This document shows positions 1 through 8,842 of a stretch of DNA of 64,000 nt, in pieces; the stretch's first letter is position 1; each line of letters starts with the position of its first letter. The stretch is from an uncultured Sphaerochaeta sp. (GTDB lineage Bacteria > Spirochaetota > Spirochaetia > Sphaerochaetales > Sphaerochaetaceae), in NCBI GenBank assembly GCA_964547185.1, contig CAZJMG010000001.1, positions 61,233 through 125,232 on the forward strand. Direction: 5' to 3'. The notes below the pieces were generated by a model that saw nothing but the letters and a program-made list of their open reading frames with translations, was not told the DNA's origin and searched no databases. The position numbers and the translations under genes were made by a program.

Positions 1-1989
1 CTCGAAGAGAAAGGTGGCGTATATGCTGAGCTTTTTGACGCGGCACGTCGTCTTGAAGGACTCAACCGTCACACCTCCACCCATGCTGCGGGGGTTGTCA
101 TCGGGCAGAAGGCGTTGGTCAACTATGTGCCTCTGTATCGTGATGCCAAGACAGGGGCTATTTCCACCCAGTATACGATGGATCTCATCGAGGAGTGTGG
201 TCTGGTAAAAATGGACTTCCTTGGATTGAAGACCTTGACCTTGATTAAACATACTGAGGACTTGATCCATAAAAAAGACGCCTCATTCACCATCAATGAA
301 ATTGATGAGAAGGACCCAAGGACTTTCGCCATGCTTGGCAAAGGGGAAAGTACTGCCGTTTTCCAGTTTGAAAGCCAAGGGATGCAGAACATCCTCAAGG
401 AAGCAAAACCCAATGACATCGAAGACCTTGTAGCCCTCAATGCCCTGTATCGCCCGGGTCCGATGGCATACATTCCCCAATTCATCAACTGCAAGCTCGG
501 CAAGCAACCCATCACCTATGCAAACCCTGAATTGGAAGAAGAACTTAAAACCACCTATGGAGTCATCGTTTATCAAGAACAGGTAATGAAGGTAGCCCAG
601 ATCATAGCAGGGTATTCACTCGGTGGAGCAGATATTCTCAGGCGAATCATGGGCAAAAAGAAAGCAGCAGCGCTAGAGAAGGAGAAGGTTAAATTCATTG
701 CAGGAGCAAAGGCTCTCGGAAGAAGTGAGAGCCATGCCATAGAAATCTTTGAGATGCTCGAGCCTTTTGCCGGCTACGGATTCAATAAAAGCCATGCTGT
801 TGCTTACTCGGTGGTAGCCTACCAAACAGCATTTTTGAAAGCAAACTATCCAGCTGAATTTTGGGCCGCCAACCTCACCAATGAAATGGGAAGCCCTGAT
901 AAGTTCAGCGAATACCTGCAGGTGGCAAAAGACCAAGGTCTGGATATCCTCCCTCCCTCTGTCAACTACTCCGACAAACACTTCTCAGTGGTAGAAGGAA
1001 AGATTGTCTATGGTCTTGCGGGTATCAAGAATGTAGGGGAAGCAGCGGTGGAAATCCTCGTCGCAGAACGTGAAGCAAATGGCCCTTACAAGGATATGCT
1101 CGATTTTCTCTTCCGCCTTGATGCTAAATCAATAAACACGAAACTGCTTGAATCGTTGATAAAAGCGGGAGCCTTTGACACTCTTGGAATCAATCGTCCC
1201 ACCCTGCTTGAGAATCTCAGCGACGCAATTTTGTATGTCCAAAAACGAAAAGAAGCTACAGCCTTTGGTCAAATTTCTCTCTTCGACGAGGAGACTGAAG
1301 CAGAGATGCAGACGTTCGAGATGAAGAAGATGGATGACTGGAGCCTTCCGGAAAAGTTGGAAATGGAGAAAAGCCTTCTTGGCTTTTACATCTCCGGCCA
1401 TCCGTTGGATGCTTTTGACCAAGCAATCAGAGAACGGGTTACGGTGAATACAGGCAAACAGGAGCAGTTACCCTTTGGAAGACCGATAAACATAATCGCC
1501 ATGGTCAGTTCAATCCGTCCCTTCATCACCCAAAAGGGAACAACAATGGGCTTTTTGCAATTAACTGATAAAAACGCCACCTTTGACGCCACCCTCTTTC
1601 CCAAGCTCTATGAACAGTATCGAGATTTACTTAAAGTTGATGCTATATATGGTTTTATCGGTAAGTTTGATAACTCGAGGGGCAATGATAAAATAGCCTT
1701 TCTTATTGAACAAATATTCGAGGATCCCAATCAACTCTCTGCAGTGGCTGTAAGCCGTTGCCATATTGAATTGGAGAAATCGTTTTGCAACAATGAGCAG
1801 ATATCACTGCTTAGGGATACCTGCCTCAGCTATGGAGGCCCTTGTGAGTTGTTTCTCCATTTCCAACAGGAAGGAGAGGATATCGGCATGTGTGTTGCTT
1901 GTGGTCGAGAGTTTGGGGTACGCTATAGTGATGCCTTTGTTGATGCAGTAAAAGAAAATCCTGCAATTTTAAACATTTGGTTCGACTAA
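1..1989 (+). CDS. dnaE: DNA polymerase III alpha subunit DnaE, C-terminal ~660 aa (5' end outside window)
   Basis: Frame 1 is open from base 1 (LEEKGGVYAELFDAARRLEGLNRHTSTHAAGVVIG...) and continuous with ORF 115..1989. DnaE hallmarks: RHTSTHAAGVVI, KMDFLGLKTLT, FESQGM, FNKSHAVAYS. Confidence 0.95.
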   Translation, partial: LEEKGGVYAELFDAARRLEGLNRHTSTHAAGVVIGQKALVNYVPLYRDAKTGAISTQYTMDLIEECGLVKMDFLGLKTLTLIKHTEDLIHKKDASFTINEIDEKDPRTFAMLGKGESTAVFQFESQGMQNILKEAKPNDIEDLVALNALYRPGPMAYIPQFINCKLGKQPITYANPELEEELKTTYGVIVYQEQVMKVAQIIAGYSLGGADILRRIMGKKKAAALEKEKVKFIAGAKALGRSESHAIEIFEMLEPFAGYGFNKSHAVAYSVVAYQTAFLKANYPAEFWAANLTNEMGSPDKFSEYLQVAKDQGLDILPPSVNYSDKHFSVVEGKIVYGLAGIKNVGEAAVEILVAEREANGPYKDMLDFLFRLDAKSINTKLLESLIKAGAFDTLGINRPTLLENLSDAILYVQKRKEATAFGQISLFDEETEAEMQTFEMKKMDDWSLPEKLEMEKSLLGFYISGHPLDAFDQAIRERVTVNTGKQEQLPFGRPINIIAMVSSIRPFITQKGTTMGFLQLTDKNATFDATLFPKLYEQYRDLLKVDAIYGFIGKFDNSRGNDKIAFLIEQIFEDPNQLSAVAVSRCHIELEKSFCNNEQISLLRDTCLSYGGPCELFLHFQQEGEDIGMCVACGREFGVRYSDAFVDAVKENPAILNIWFD

Positions 1990-2029
1990 CGACTAAAAGT
2001 TATATATCTTAGATGTTGGGAGGAACAAG

Positions 2030-2674
2030 ATGAACCAATCATTTTATAATTCGGCAAGTAGTGGCTCGAACATCTTCATGACCTTGGCTTCGATTCTTGC
2101 AAGTTTGCTCTCGTTCTACTCATTATTGATCTGGCTCAGGATTGTTCTAACCTGGATCAAGATCCCTGGGCAAACCCAAGAGAATCCGCTCTCCTATTAT
2201 CTGGGAAAAATCGTAGATCCTTATCTTTCTTGGTTCCGAGGGGTTTCCAGTCTGAGAAGAAGCCATTTTGATCTCACCCCTTTGCTTGCCCTGGCGGCTC
2301 TTTCTGTGGTGCAGTCGATGCTTAGGCTCTTTGGCGCGTATGGCAAGCTCACCGTCGGTATGGTTTTTGCACTCATCCTACAGACCTTATGGTCATATCT
2401 GGTGAGCCCGATTTTCTGGTTCTTAATTATTCTTTTGGGGTTCAGACTCTATTTTTGCTATAAGCGCAGCCCCCGAACCATAAGCTACATCACCATGCTC
2501 GACTCCCTTATCGGGCCAGTCATGAACAAGATTCAAAGAACCTTCTATCCCCAAAAAGCCATAAATGACCGTCAATTGGTGATAACCTCCTTGATCTGCC
2601 TTGTTGTTCTGTACTTTGCAGCCTCGTTTATCCTCAGACTGGTCATTGGGTTTTTCTTAGGGCTCAGTTTCTAA
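2030..2674 (+). CDS. YggT-family integral membrane protein (extended, 214 aa)
   Basis: GGGAGG RBS 6 nt upstream of the ATG. Multi-TM ORF with a YggT-like core (LRIVLTWI...NPLSYYLGKIVDPYLSWFRG...FDLTPLLAL). Confidence 0.65.
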   Translation: MNQSFYNSASSGSNIFMTLASILASLLSFYSLLIWLRIVLTWIKIPGQTQENPLSYYLGKIVDPYLSWFRGVSSLRRSHFDLTPLLALAALSVVQSMLRLFGAYGKLTVGMVFALILQTLWSYLVSPIFWFLIILLGFRLYFCYKRSPRTISYITMLDSLIGPVMNKIQRTFYPQKAINDRQLVITSLICLVVLYFAASFILRLVIGFFLGLSF

Positions 2675-2677
2675 ATC

Positions 2678-4762
2678 ATGGCCTATCTGCACAACCTCAA
2701 TCAAAGCATAAGCACCTTGGCGGGGGTAGGTCCTGCTGCGAAAACAGCTTACAAGGAATTGGGAATTACGACGTATAGTGACTTGCTCAAGCTTTCTCCA
2801 CGATCCTGGGAAGACCGCAGCGAAATAAGGGCTTTGGGAAATCTGAAAGAAGGACAAGAGGCCAACACCTTGGTGCAGGTGCTTTCACACTCCTATTTTG
2901 GCTTGAAGAGTGGAAAAAAAAGAACCTTGAAAATCAGTGTGAGAGACGTCTCAGGATATGGAGACGGCAGGCTGAGTCTTCTCTGTTTTGGAAGAAATTT
3001 CCTTGAAAAAACAATCAAGGTAGGAGAAATATATTACCTGTATGGCAATGTGAGCAGACATCACGGCGAACTGCAATGCTCTCAATTTGAGCTCTATCGG
3101 GCAACCGAAGAGGGTGGTTTTCCCAAGCAATTCGGAAAAATCCTCCCTATCTACCCTCTCAGAGGCAGCCTTACCCAAAATCTTATCAGACGCAACATCC
3201 AATCGGTTTTGCAAAGCTGCGACGCTTTTTCAAACGAACTTCCTTCAGCTATACAAGAAAGCTATAACCTGATGAGCACAGACCAAGCCATCAGAACCTA
3301 CCATGATCCTCCAAATCTCAAAGCGCTTGAGGATGCAAGAAAGACTCTTGCCTTCACAGAACTTTTTTATCTTCAGCTTATTAGTAGAAGACACAAAGGC
3401 TTGGAGCAAAGAGCAAAACAGCACAACCCATCCAGACCGACCAAATTGGAACTCAAATTTCTTGAACGTCTTGTTTTTGCCCTGACACAGGACCAAATGA
3501 CAAGCCTGAAAGAAATTCGTCAGGATTTGGATAGTGAACTGCCGATGAACAGACTTCTGCAGGGAGATGTGGGAAGTGGAAAAACCTTGGTGGCATGGAT
3601 CAGTGCACTCCATGTTTTAAGCAAAGGTGCGCAGGTTGCCTTTATGGCTCCCACAGAGTTACTTGCCCGTCAACATGCAGAATCTGCATCCGCATTACTC
3701 TCCGACCTTGGCATACGGCTCGCATTCATGACTGGTTCTGTCAAGAACAAGGAACGAAAACTACTGTTGCAAGCAATAGCAGAAGGTGAGGTCGATATTG
3801 TCATCGGGACCCATGCGTTGTTCTCCGACAAAGTCCGTTTTAAAAATCTAAGGTTTGTAATCATTGATGAACAACACCGATTTGGGGTTGAGCAGCGACT
3901 TGCCTTGCTTGAAAAAGCCCAGGTTCCCGACCTCCTGCTGATGACGGCCACCCCGATTCCACGCACGCTCTCGTTAACCGTCTTTGGCAACCTGAATATC
4001 TCAACGCTCAAGACAATGCCCCAAGGCAGGAGACCGGTGATCACACACCTGGTCAACGAACAGAGTCGAAGCAGGATGTATCAGGCTGTCGGTGTTGAAT
4101 TCACACGCTCTCATCAAGCCTATTTCGTATATCCCCGTATCGATGACAGCACAGAGAGCGAACTGAGGGACGTCACCAACATGTTTGAGTTTCTCAAGGC
4201 CCAATATCCCGGCGTTCCATCAGCCTTGATGCACAGCAAACTGGATGAGGAACAAAAGATCTCAATACTCAAGCAGTACCAAAAAAAAGAATTAGCCTAT
4301 CTTGTCTCCACCAGTGTGGTGGAAGTGGGAATTGACATCCCAAACGCTACCTGCATGATAGTCGAGCACGCCGATAGGTTTGGCTTATCTGCACTTCATC
4401 AGCTCCGTGGAAGAGTAGGACGATCGAATTTGCAATCCTACTGTTTTCTTGTCTTTGGCAACACGCTCACAGAAGAGGCCAAACAACGGTTGAGAACCAT
4501 GAAAGAATCGAATGACGGTTTCTATATCGCTGAACAAGATTTACTCATCCGAGGACCGGGAGAACTGACAGGAACAAAGCAGTCTGGGTATCTTAAACTT
4601 GCCTTCGCATCCCTTACCGATGATCTAACTCTTATCGAATGGGCAAAAGATGAAGCTGACAAAATTCTTGCTTCTGATCCTGGGCTTCTAAGTGCCCAGA
4701 ACGAGATAATCAGAACTGTCTTGGCCACAACGACATCCTTCAATCCAACGAATGAGGCCTAA
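2678..4762 (+). CDS. recG: ATP-dependent DNA helicase RecG
   Basis: 694-aa ORF starting 4 nt after the yggT-like stop. Helicase motifs GDVGSGKT, DEQHRFG, TATPIPRT, QLRGRVGR. Confidence 0.95.
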   Translation: MAYLHNLNQSISTLAGVGPAAKTAYKELGITTYSDLLKLSPRSWEDRSEIRALGNLKEGQEANTLVQVLSHSYFGLKSGKKRTLKISVRDVSGYGDGRLSLLCFGRNFLEKTIKVGEIYYLYGNVSRHHGELQCSQFELYRATEEGGFPKQFGKILPIYPLRGSLTQNLIRRNIQSVLQSCDAFSNELPSAIQESYNLMSTDQAIRTYHDPPNLKALEDARKTLAFTELFYLQLISRRHKGLEQRAKQHNPSRPTKLELKFLERLVFALTQDQMTSLKEIRQDLDSELPMNRLLQGDVGSGKTLVAWISALHVLSKGAQVAFMAPTELLARQHAESASALLSDLGIRLAFMTGSVKNKERKLLLQAIAEGEVDIVIGTHALFSDKVRFKNLRFVIIDEQHRFGVEQRLALLEKAQVPDLLLMTATPIPRTLSLTVFGNLNISTLKTMPQGRRPVITHLVNEQSRSRMYQAVGVEFTRSHQAYFVYPRIDDSTESELRDVTNMFEFLKAQYPGVPSALMHSKLDEEQKISILKQYQKKELAYLVSTSVVEVGIDIPNATCMIVEHADRFGLSALHQLRGRVGRSNLQSYCFLVFGNTLTEEAKQRLRTMKESNDGFYIAEQDLLIRGPGELTGTKQSGYLKLAFASLTDDLTLIEWAKDEADKILASDPGLLSAQNEIIRTVLATTTSFNPTNEA

Positions 4763-4813
4763 CTTGCACAATTTGGTACAATTACCTATCATCAAAGCCA
4801 TGAGGTGTGGAAC

Positions 4814-5362
4814 ATGCGTATAACTGGAGGCATCTATTGTGGAAGGACGGTGATCTGTCCCCCCGGCATCATCAGACCTGCGATGGACATGATGAGGGAA
4901 TCCCTCTTTTCAATACTTGGCAACTTGGAAGGAAAGTCATTTTTGGATTTATTCAGCGGCAGCGGCTGTGTCGGTATTGAAGCGGCAAGCAGAGGGGCCA
5001 GCGTAGTCCATCTTGTCGAGAAGGATCGACAAAAAAGAGCAACCATCTTGGGAAACATAAGCATGGTTGAGAGCACAATCAAGTTGTTCATGGCTGACGT
5101 GAATAGATTCATTCCTACAGCAAAGCAGCAGTATGACATCGTCTACGCAGATCCTCCTTTCCCGATGCAGGGAAAAGTAGGCTTAGCCCAGGCAGTGGAC
5201 AAGCAAGATTTACTTTGTGAAGGAGGCTTGTTCATCATCCACTACCCCTCCGAGGAAAAAGACCAATGGCCCCAGCAGGTAGGATCCTTACACTGCTACG
5301 ATCAACGCAAATATGGCAGAAGCACGTTGCGCTTCTACCGCAAAGAAACTACAAAGGAATGA
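4814..5362 (+). CDS. rsmD: 16S rRNA (guanine966-N2)-methyltransferase RsmD
   Basis: GAGG RBS 8 nt before ATG 4814 (the ORF-track start 4805 is GTG). MRITGG..GR N-terminus, FSGSG SAM loop, DPPF motif (YADPPFP). Confidence 0.85.
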   Translation: MRITGGIYCGRTVICPPGIIRPAMDMMRESLFSILGNLEGKSFLDLFSGSGCVGIEAASRGASVVHLVEKDRQKRATILGNISMVESTIKLFMADVNRFIPTAKQQYDIVYADPPFPMQGKVGLAQAVDKQDLLCEGGLFIIHYPSEEKDQWPQQVGSLHCYDQRKYGRSTLRFYRKETTKE

Positions 5363-5365
5363 TGC

Positions 5366-6193
5366 ATGAAGACCGATATGGTGTATATAGACCAGAACAA
5401 CGTGGCCTGCAGTGCCTTCACCACATACAGCTATGAGACCGACAGCTACAGCGAAGCAAGGCTAGCCTTTTATTTTGAGGTTGTACAAGAAGCTGCGGGC
5501 ACTCACGCAGCACAGAGAGGTTGCTCGATACCCGATATGCACAAAGAGGGTAAAACGTGGGTCATCACCAGAAGTCAGATTGAAATCTTTCGATACAGTC
5601 GATGGCCTGAGGTTCTGAATGTAGAGACTTGGGCCCAAGAACCGATACGACTTCATCTCCCAAGAGCCGTCAAGGCCAAAGATAAGAATGGGGCTCCTGT
5701 TTTCCTTGCAAAAACATACTGGGCGGTTCTTGATCTATCTTCCAACCGCCCCCTGAGAGCTCTGGATTTGGCCCAAAGGATAGGGGTGCCCCCGAAAGAA
5801 GATCTTGATCATCAGCTGGACATGAAACTTGCAAAGCAAGAGGATGAAACAGAGTCGATGCACGTACTCTCCACCTTCAAGCCTCGCATCTCGTATCTGG
5901 ATACCGACAGAAATCAGCATGTAAACAATATTTCTTATCTCAACTGGGCCTTGGACAGCCTTCCAGCCTCGTTTCGCAACAGACTCAAGGTTTCGGAGGC
6001 CGATGTATCCTATCTTAGACAGACGTATCTGGAAGATGATGTGATGGTCTACACACAGTGTAGTGATAAAAATGCCTTCTCCAAAGATGAGGTAACATTA
6101 TTCCACTACATCGAACGGACAGAACAGAACGGAAACAAGACAATTGTATGGAAGGGCCAAACGACATGGAAGCTGCGCGAAGAGCTCAGATGA
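5366..6193 (+). CDS. acyl-ACP thioesterase family protein
   Basis: 275-aa ORF with double-hotdog length and architecture. Characteristic D.N.HVNN.SYLNW motif (DRNQHVNNISYLNWAL). Confidence 0.8.
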   Translation: MKTDMVYIDQNNVACSAFTTYSYETDSYSEARLAFYFEVVQEAAGTHAAQRGCSIPDMHKEGKTWVITRSQIEIFRYSRWPEVLNVETWAQEPIRLHLPRAVKAKDKNGAPVFLAKTYWAVLDLSSNRPLRALDLAQRIGVPPKEDLDHQLDMKLAKQEDETESMHVLSTFKPRISYLDTDRNQHVNNISYLNWALDSLPASFRNRLKVSEADVSYLRQTYLEDDVMVYTQCSDKNAFSKDEVTLFHYIERTEQNGNKTIVWKGQTTWKLREELR

Positions 6194-7205
6194 ACACCTT
6201 TCTCAACGATGGCTGTTTGCCGAGCAAGAGACCTATGGACTCCTTTACAGGAAACAGGCCTGCTTTCGCATTTGCACTGTAGTAACAGTAATAACAATTC
6301 TCATCTTCCTTGTAATGGATATCACAGGAGACGATATACCTGCTTGCCCATCCACGGTCAGGAGGGATGAGCAAGGCTGTGCGGAAAGAGGGTTTGAAGA
6401 GAATTCCATCTGAGCTCTCAAGCTGGATCAAGGTGGAGGTGGTTTTTGCCCGCTCCTTATCCCAATGCATCGCACACTCAAAGCCGACATATCCATCGGG
6501 GGTCTTCATTACTTTTATGCTTCCCACCGCCATGTTGCGATACTGATCATCGGCATAGGGCGAAAGCAACGGCTCTCCTTCATTGGCCAATGCGTACGGA
6601 CCTTCCAAAGTACTGGAAAGAGCAAGGGCAAAATGTCTACTGGTTTTTTGTCGTGTGTCGGGCAAACTAAGATGGGAAGCCCCGAAATACAGGCGATAAA
6701 GACCTTTGTCATCCTTGATGATCTGAGGCCTGCTGATTCTTGGCTTTTTCAAATCATCCAGGGCAAAAGGAACTTCTCTGCTGTCAAGCAGTACCTTTGG
6801 CTCACTAAAGAGCACAAGATCAGTAGAAGAACAAATCTCAAAACGGCTGTAAGAAATTTTTTCTTGCTCCCGCCGTTTCAGTCGTCCCTTGCTCAAAGCA
6901 GGCAACGATGCATTGTGCTTCTCATAAATCAGATAATAGACACCATTTTCCTGATACAACGAAGGGGAATGTCCTCTTAGGACAACCATCTTCTTGGGTT
7001 CCCAGCTAATGCCGTTTTCGCTGATGAAATGCTCAATGCCTACCCAGGTATGGCCAAAAAGATGCCATTTTCCATCAGGACTTTGCGAGGGGAAGAGAAA
7101 AAAAGGATCACAAAGTCTACTCATATACCACAAACTGCGAATCACCGGTTCATCACTGAAAGGATACCATGAAATTTTAGAGAATGCGGCAATGTTCGAA
7201 TCCAT
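6186..7205 (-). CDS. hypothetical protein, possibly a 5-bladed beta-propeller glycoside-hydrolase-like fold (GH43-like)
   Basis: 339-aa ORF. By-eye resemblance only (CDPFFLF, GVYYLIYEKH, LYRLYFGASH blade-like segments). Its 3' end overlaps the thioesterase 3' end by 8 nt. Confidence 0.6.
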   Translation of the reverse strand: MDSNIAAFSKISWYPFSDEPVIRSLWYMSRLCDPFFLFPSQSPDGKWHLFGHTWVGIEHFISENGISWEPKKMVVLRGHSPSLYQENGVYYLIYEKHNASLPALSKGRLKRREQEKISYSRFEICSSTDLVLFSEPKVLLDSREVPFALDDLKKPRISRPQIIKDDKGLYRLYFGASHLSLPDTRQKTSRHFALALSSTLEGPYALANEGEPLLSPYADDQYRNMAVGSIKVMKTPDGYVGFECAMHWDKERAKTTSTLIQLESSDGILFKPSFRTALLIPPDRGWASRYIVSCDIHYKEDENCYYCYYSANAKAGLFPVKESIGLLLGKQPSLRKVFI

Positions 7206-7210
7206 CGAAT

Positions 7211-7501
7211 CTACTCCCTGTCTCTATTCCGATTCTGTCGCTTTCTGGAAAACAACGGACTGAGGTTTTCTTCAAGATTGTATTTGGTGTTCATCCACTT
7301 GATCAGACGGGAATACACCCAAAAACTACCTCCGATACTCACCAGAAACGTAAGCCCCAACCAAAGAGGGACCAAGGAACTGTCCGGGTTAACAAAGCGT
7401 GTTATCAGAATGAAGCAGATGACAAAGAGAATCATCATCAAAAGGATATTCAGCACAGTAGCAACAAGCATAAACCAAATAGTGTTCGTTTTCTTAGACA
7501 T
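7211..7501 (-). CDS. small two-TM membrane protein, unknown function
   Basis: ATG 7501 is preceded by GGAAGG 5-6 nt upstream. Product MSKKTNTIWFMLVATVLNILLMMILFVICFIL... has two hydrophobic helices and a basic tail. The start overlaps the lspA stop by 8 nt. Confidence 0.55.
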   Translation of the reverse strand: MSKKTNTIWFMLVATVLNILLMMILFVICFILITRFVNPDSSLVPLWLGLTFLVSIGGSFWVYSRLIKWMNTKYNLEENLSPLFSRKRQNRNRDRE

Positions 7502-8024
7502 CAGTACCTTCCTTTTTTGCCGATTGCTCAAAGAGTAAACTGAGAGCAAGCAATATACCACTTATGACCAGTGAAGCATCTGCAATATTCCAAGTCGGCC
7601 AACGCTCAAAACCAAGAAAACCATATACTTTAACACTGATGAAATCCACTACCCGGAAACTTCTAAAAATACGATCAAGCAAGTTTCCTATGCCTCCACC
7701 AAGAAAGAGTGCCAATACCCATCTATGAAACTGGGTAAGTTCAATTTTTTTGGAAGCATATATGACACATACACCAAGAACCAACACTACAGGAAGCAAA
7801 ATAAAGAAGATTACTTTGACAAAATCGGGTAAGCGATCCCCCATGCTGAAGGCAATAGCAGTATTGCGTACATGTACGATGGCCAAGAAATCATCAAAAA
7901 ACCAGTATCCCACTGTGTTTTCAGCAATATTGGCAACAATCCATGCTTTGGACAGCTGATCAGAAATCAGGATAAAAAGAGTGAGAAACAACGGCGTGTA
8001 TCGGTTTGGTCGTTCTTTTGCCAT
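7494..8024 (-). CDS. lspA: lipoprotein signal peptidase (signal peptidase II)
   Basis: ATG 8024 (MAKERPNRYTPLFLTLFILISDQLSK...) sits 13 nt after the upstream gene. LspA motifs NTAIAFS, GGGIGNLLDRI, WNIAD. The upstream part of the long ORF (to 8150) overlaps the Nif3 gene. Confidence 0.9.
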   Translation of the reverse strand: MAKERPNRYTPLFLTLFILISDQLSKAWIVANIAENTVGYWFFDDFLAIVHVRNTAIAFSMGDRLPDFVKVIFFILLPVVLVLGVCVIYASKKIELTQFHRWVLALFLGGGIGNLLDRIFRSFRVVDFISVKVYGFLGFERWPTWNIADASLVISGILLALSLLFEQSAKKEGTDV

Positions 8025-8037
8025 ACAGCAGACTATA

Positions 8038-8790
8038 CTATAACCCAGTGGGGTTGGCAATAAAGCTGACTTCAAGAGCAAAGGTCCTTGATAGATGTTC
8101 TCCAAGCGCCTGCAACCCAAAAACCTCACTCTGATAATGACCGCCCCCAATTACATTGATTTCACCTTCAAGCGCATCATGATAGACTTGGTGTGCGACC
8201 TCTCCGGTGATAAAGCAATCCAACTCTTGCGTCAGGGCTTGATACATATCACCACTGGCAGAACCACTGACCAAACCGATGCTCTTGACCTTCTGCTTCC
8301 CAAATGCAAGAACCGTGGCGTTCTCAAAGCCAAGCCGGGAAGACACTTCATTTAGCGGCAGTTCTTTTTCAAGATTCCCTTTGAAACCAATCATCCTGCC
8401 CTTGTAAGAGGCAAACTGCTCAACATCAACGAGACCCAGCTTTTTTGCCATGACTGCATTGTTCCCCACCTCAGGATGGGCATCAAGAGGAAGATGAGCG
8501 ACATACAGATCAAGGTCAGCATCAAGCAGTGTCTTAATTCTTCGATAGTGCGTTCCACATACAGCGATTGGAGAACCCCAGAAAAGTCCATGGTGGACAA
8601 TCAGTAGCTGTGCACCCCATGCTATTGCTTGCTCAAAACTTTGCTGGCATGCATCAACGGCGAAGGCCACTTTTGTGACATCGCGATCACCGCAGCCCAC
8701 CACCAAGGAGTTGAGCGATCGATCGATTCCAGCAAAAGAATCAATTTCTAGGTAGGAATCAAGATAATCAACAAGTTCTGATCGTTTCAT
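8038..8790 (-). CDS. Nif3-like dinuclear metal centre protein (GTP cyclohydrolase I type 2 homologue family)
   Basis: MKRSELVDYLDSYLEIDSF...LIVHHGLFW...HLPLDAHPEVGNN...GGHYQSE, the typical NIF3/YbgI pattern. The ORF can extend to GTG 8829, but that would overlap the divergent promoter. Confidence 0.88.
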   Translation of the reverse strand: MKRSELVDYLDSYLEIDSFAGIDRSLNSLVVGCGDRDVTKVAFAVDACQQSFEQAIAWGAQLLIVHHGLFWGSPIAVCGTHYRRIKTLLDADLDLYVAHLPLDAHPEVGNNAVMAKKLGLVDVEQFASYKGRMIGFKGNLEKELPLNEVSSRLGFENATVLAFGKQKVKSIGLVSGSASGDMYQALTQELDCFITGEVAHQVYHDALEGEINVIGGGHYQSEVFGLQALGEHLSRTFALEVSFIANPTGL

Positions 8791-8807
8791 GGCCCTAGTA
8801 TAATGAG

Positions 8808-8836
8808 TTGACACCTTTTGTTCCACCACCTATAGT
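8808..8836 (+). promoter_or_regulatory. sigma-70-type promoter positioned for a leaderless transcript of the Lon-like gene
   Basis: TTGACA (8808-8813), 17-nt spacer, TATAGT (8831-8836). The ATG at 8843 is only 6 nt downstream and has no SD. Confidence 0.55.
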
Positions 8837-8842
8837 TCGAGC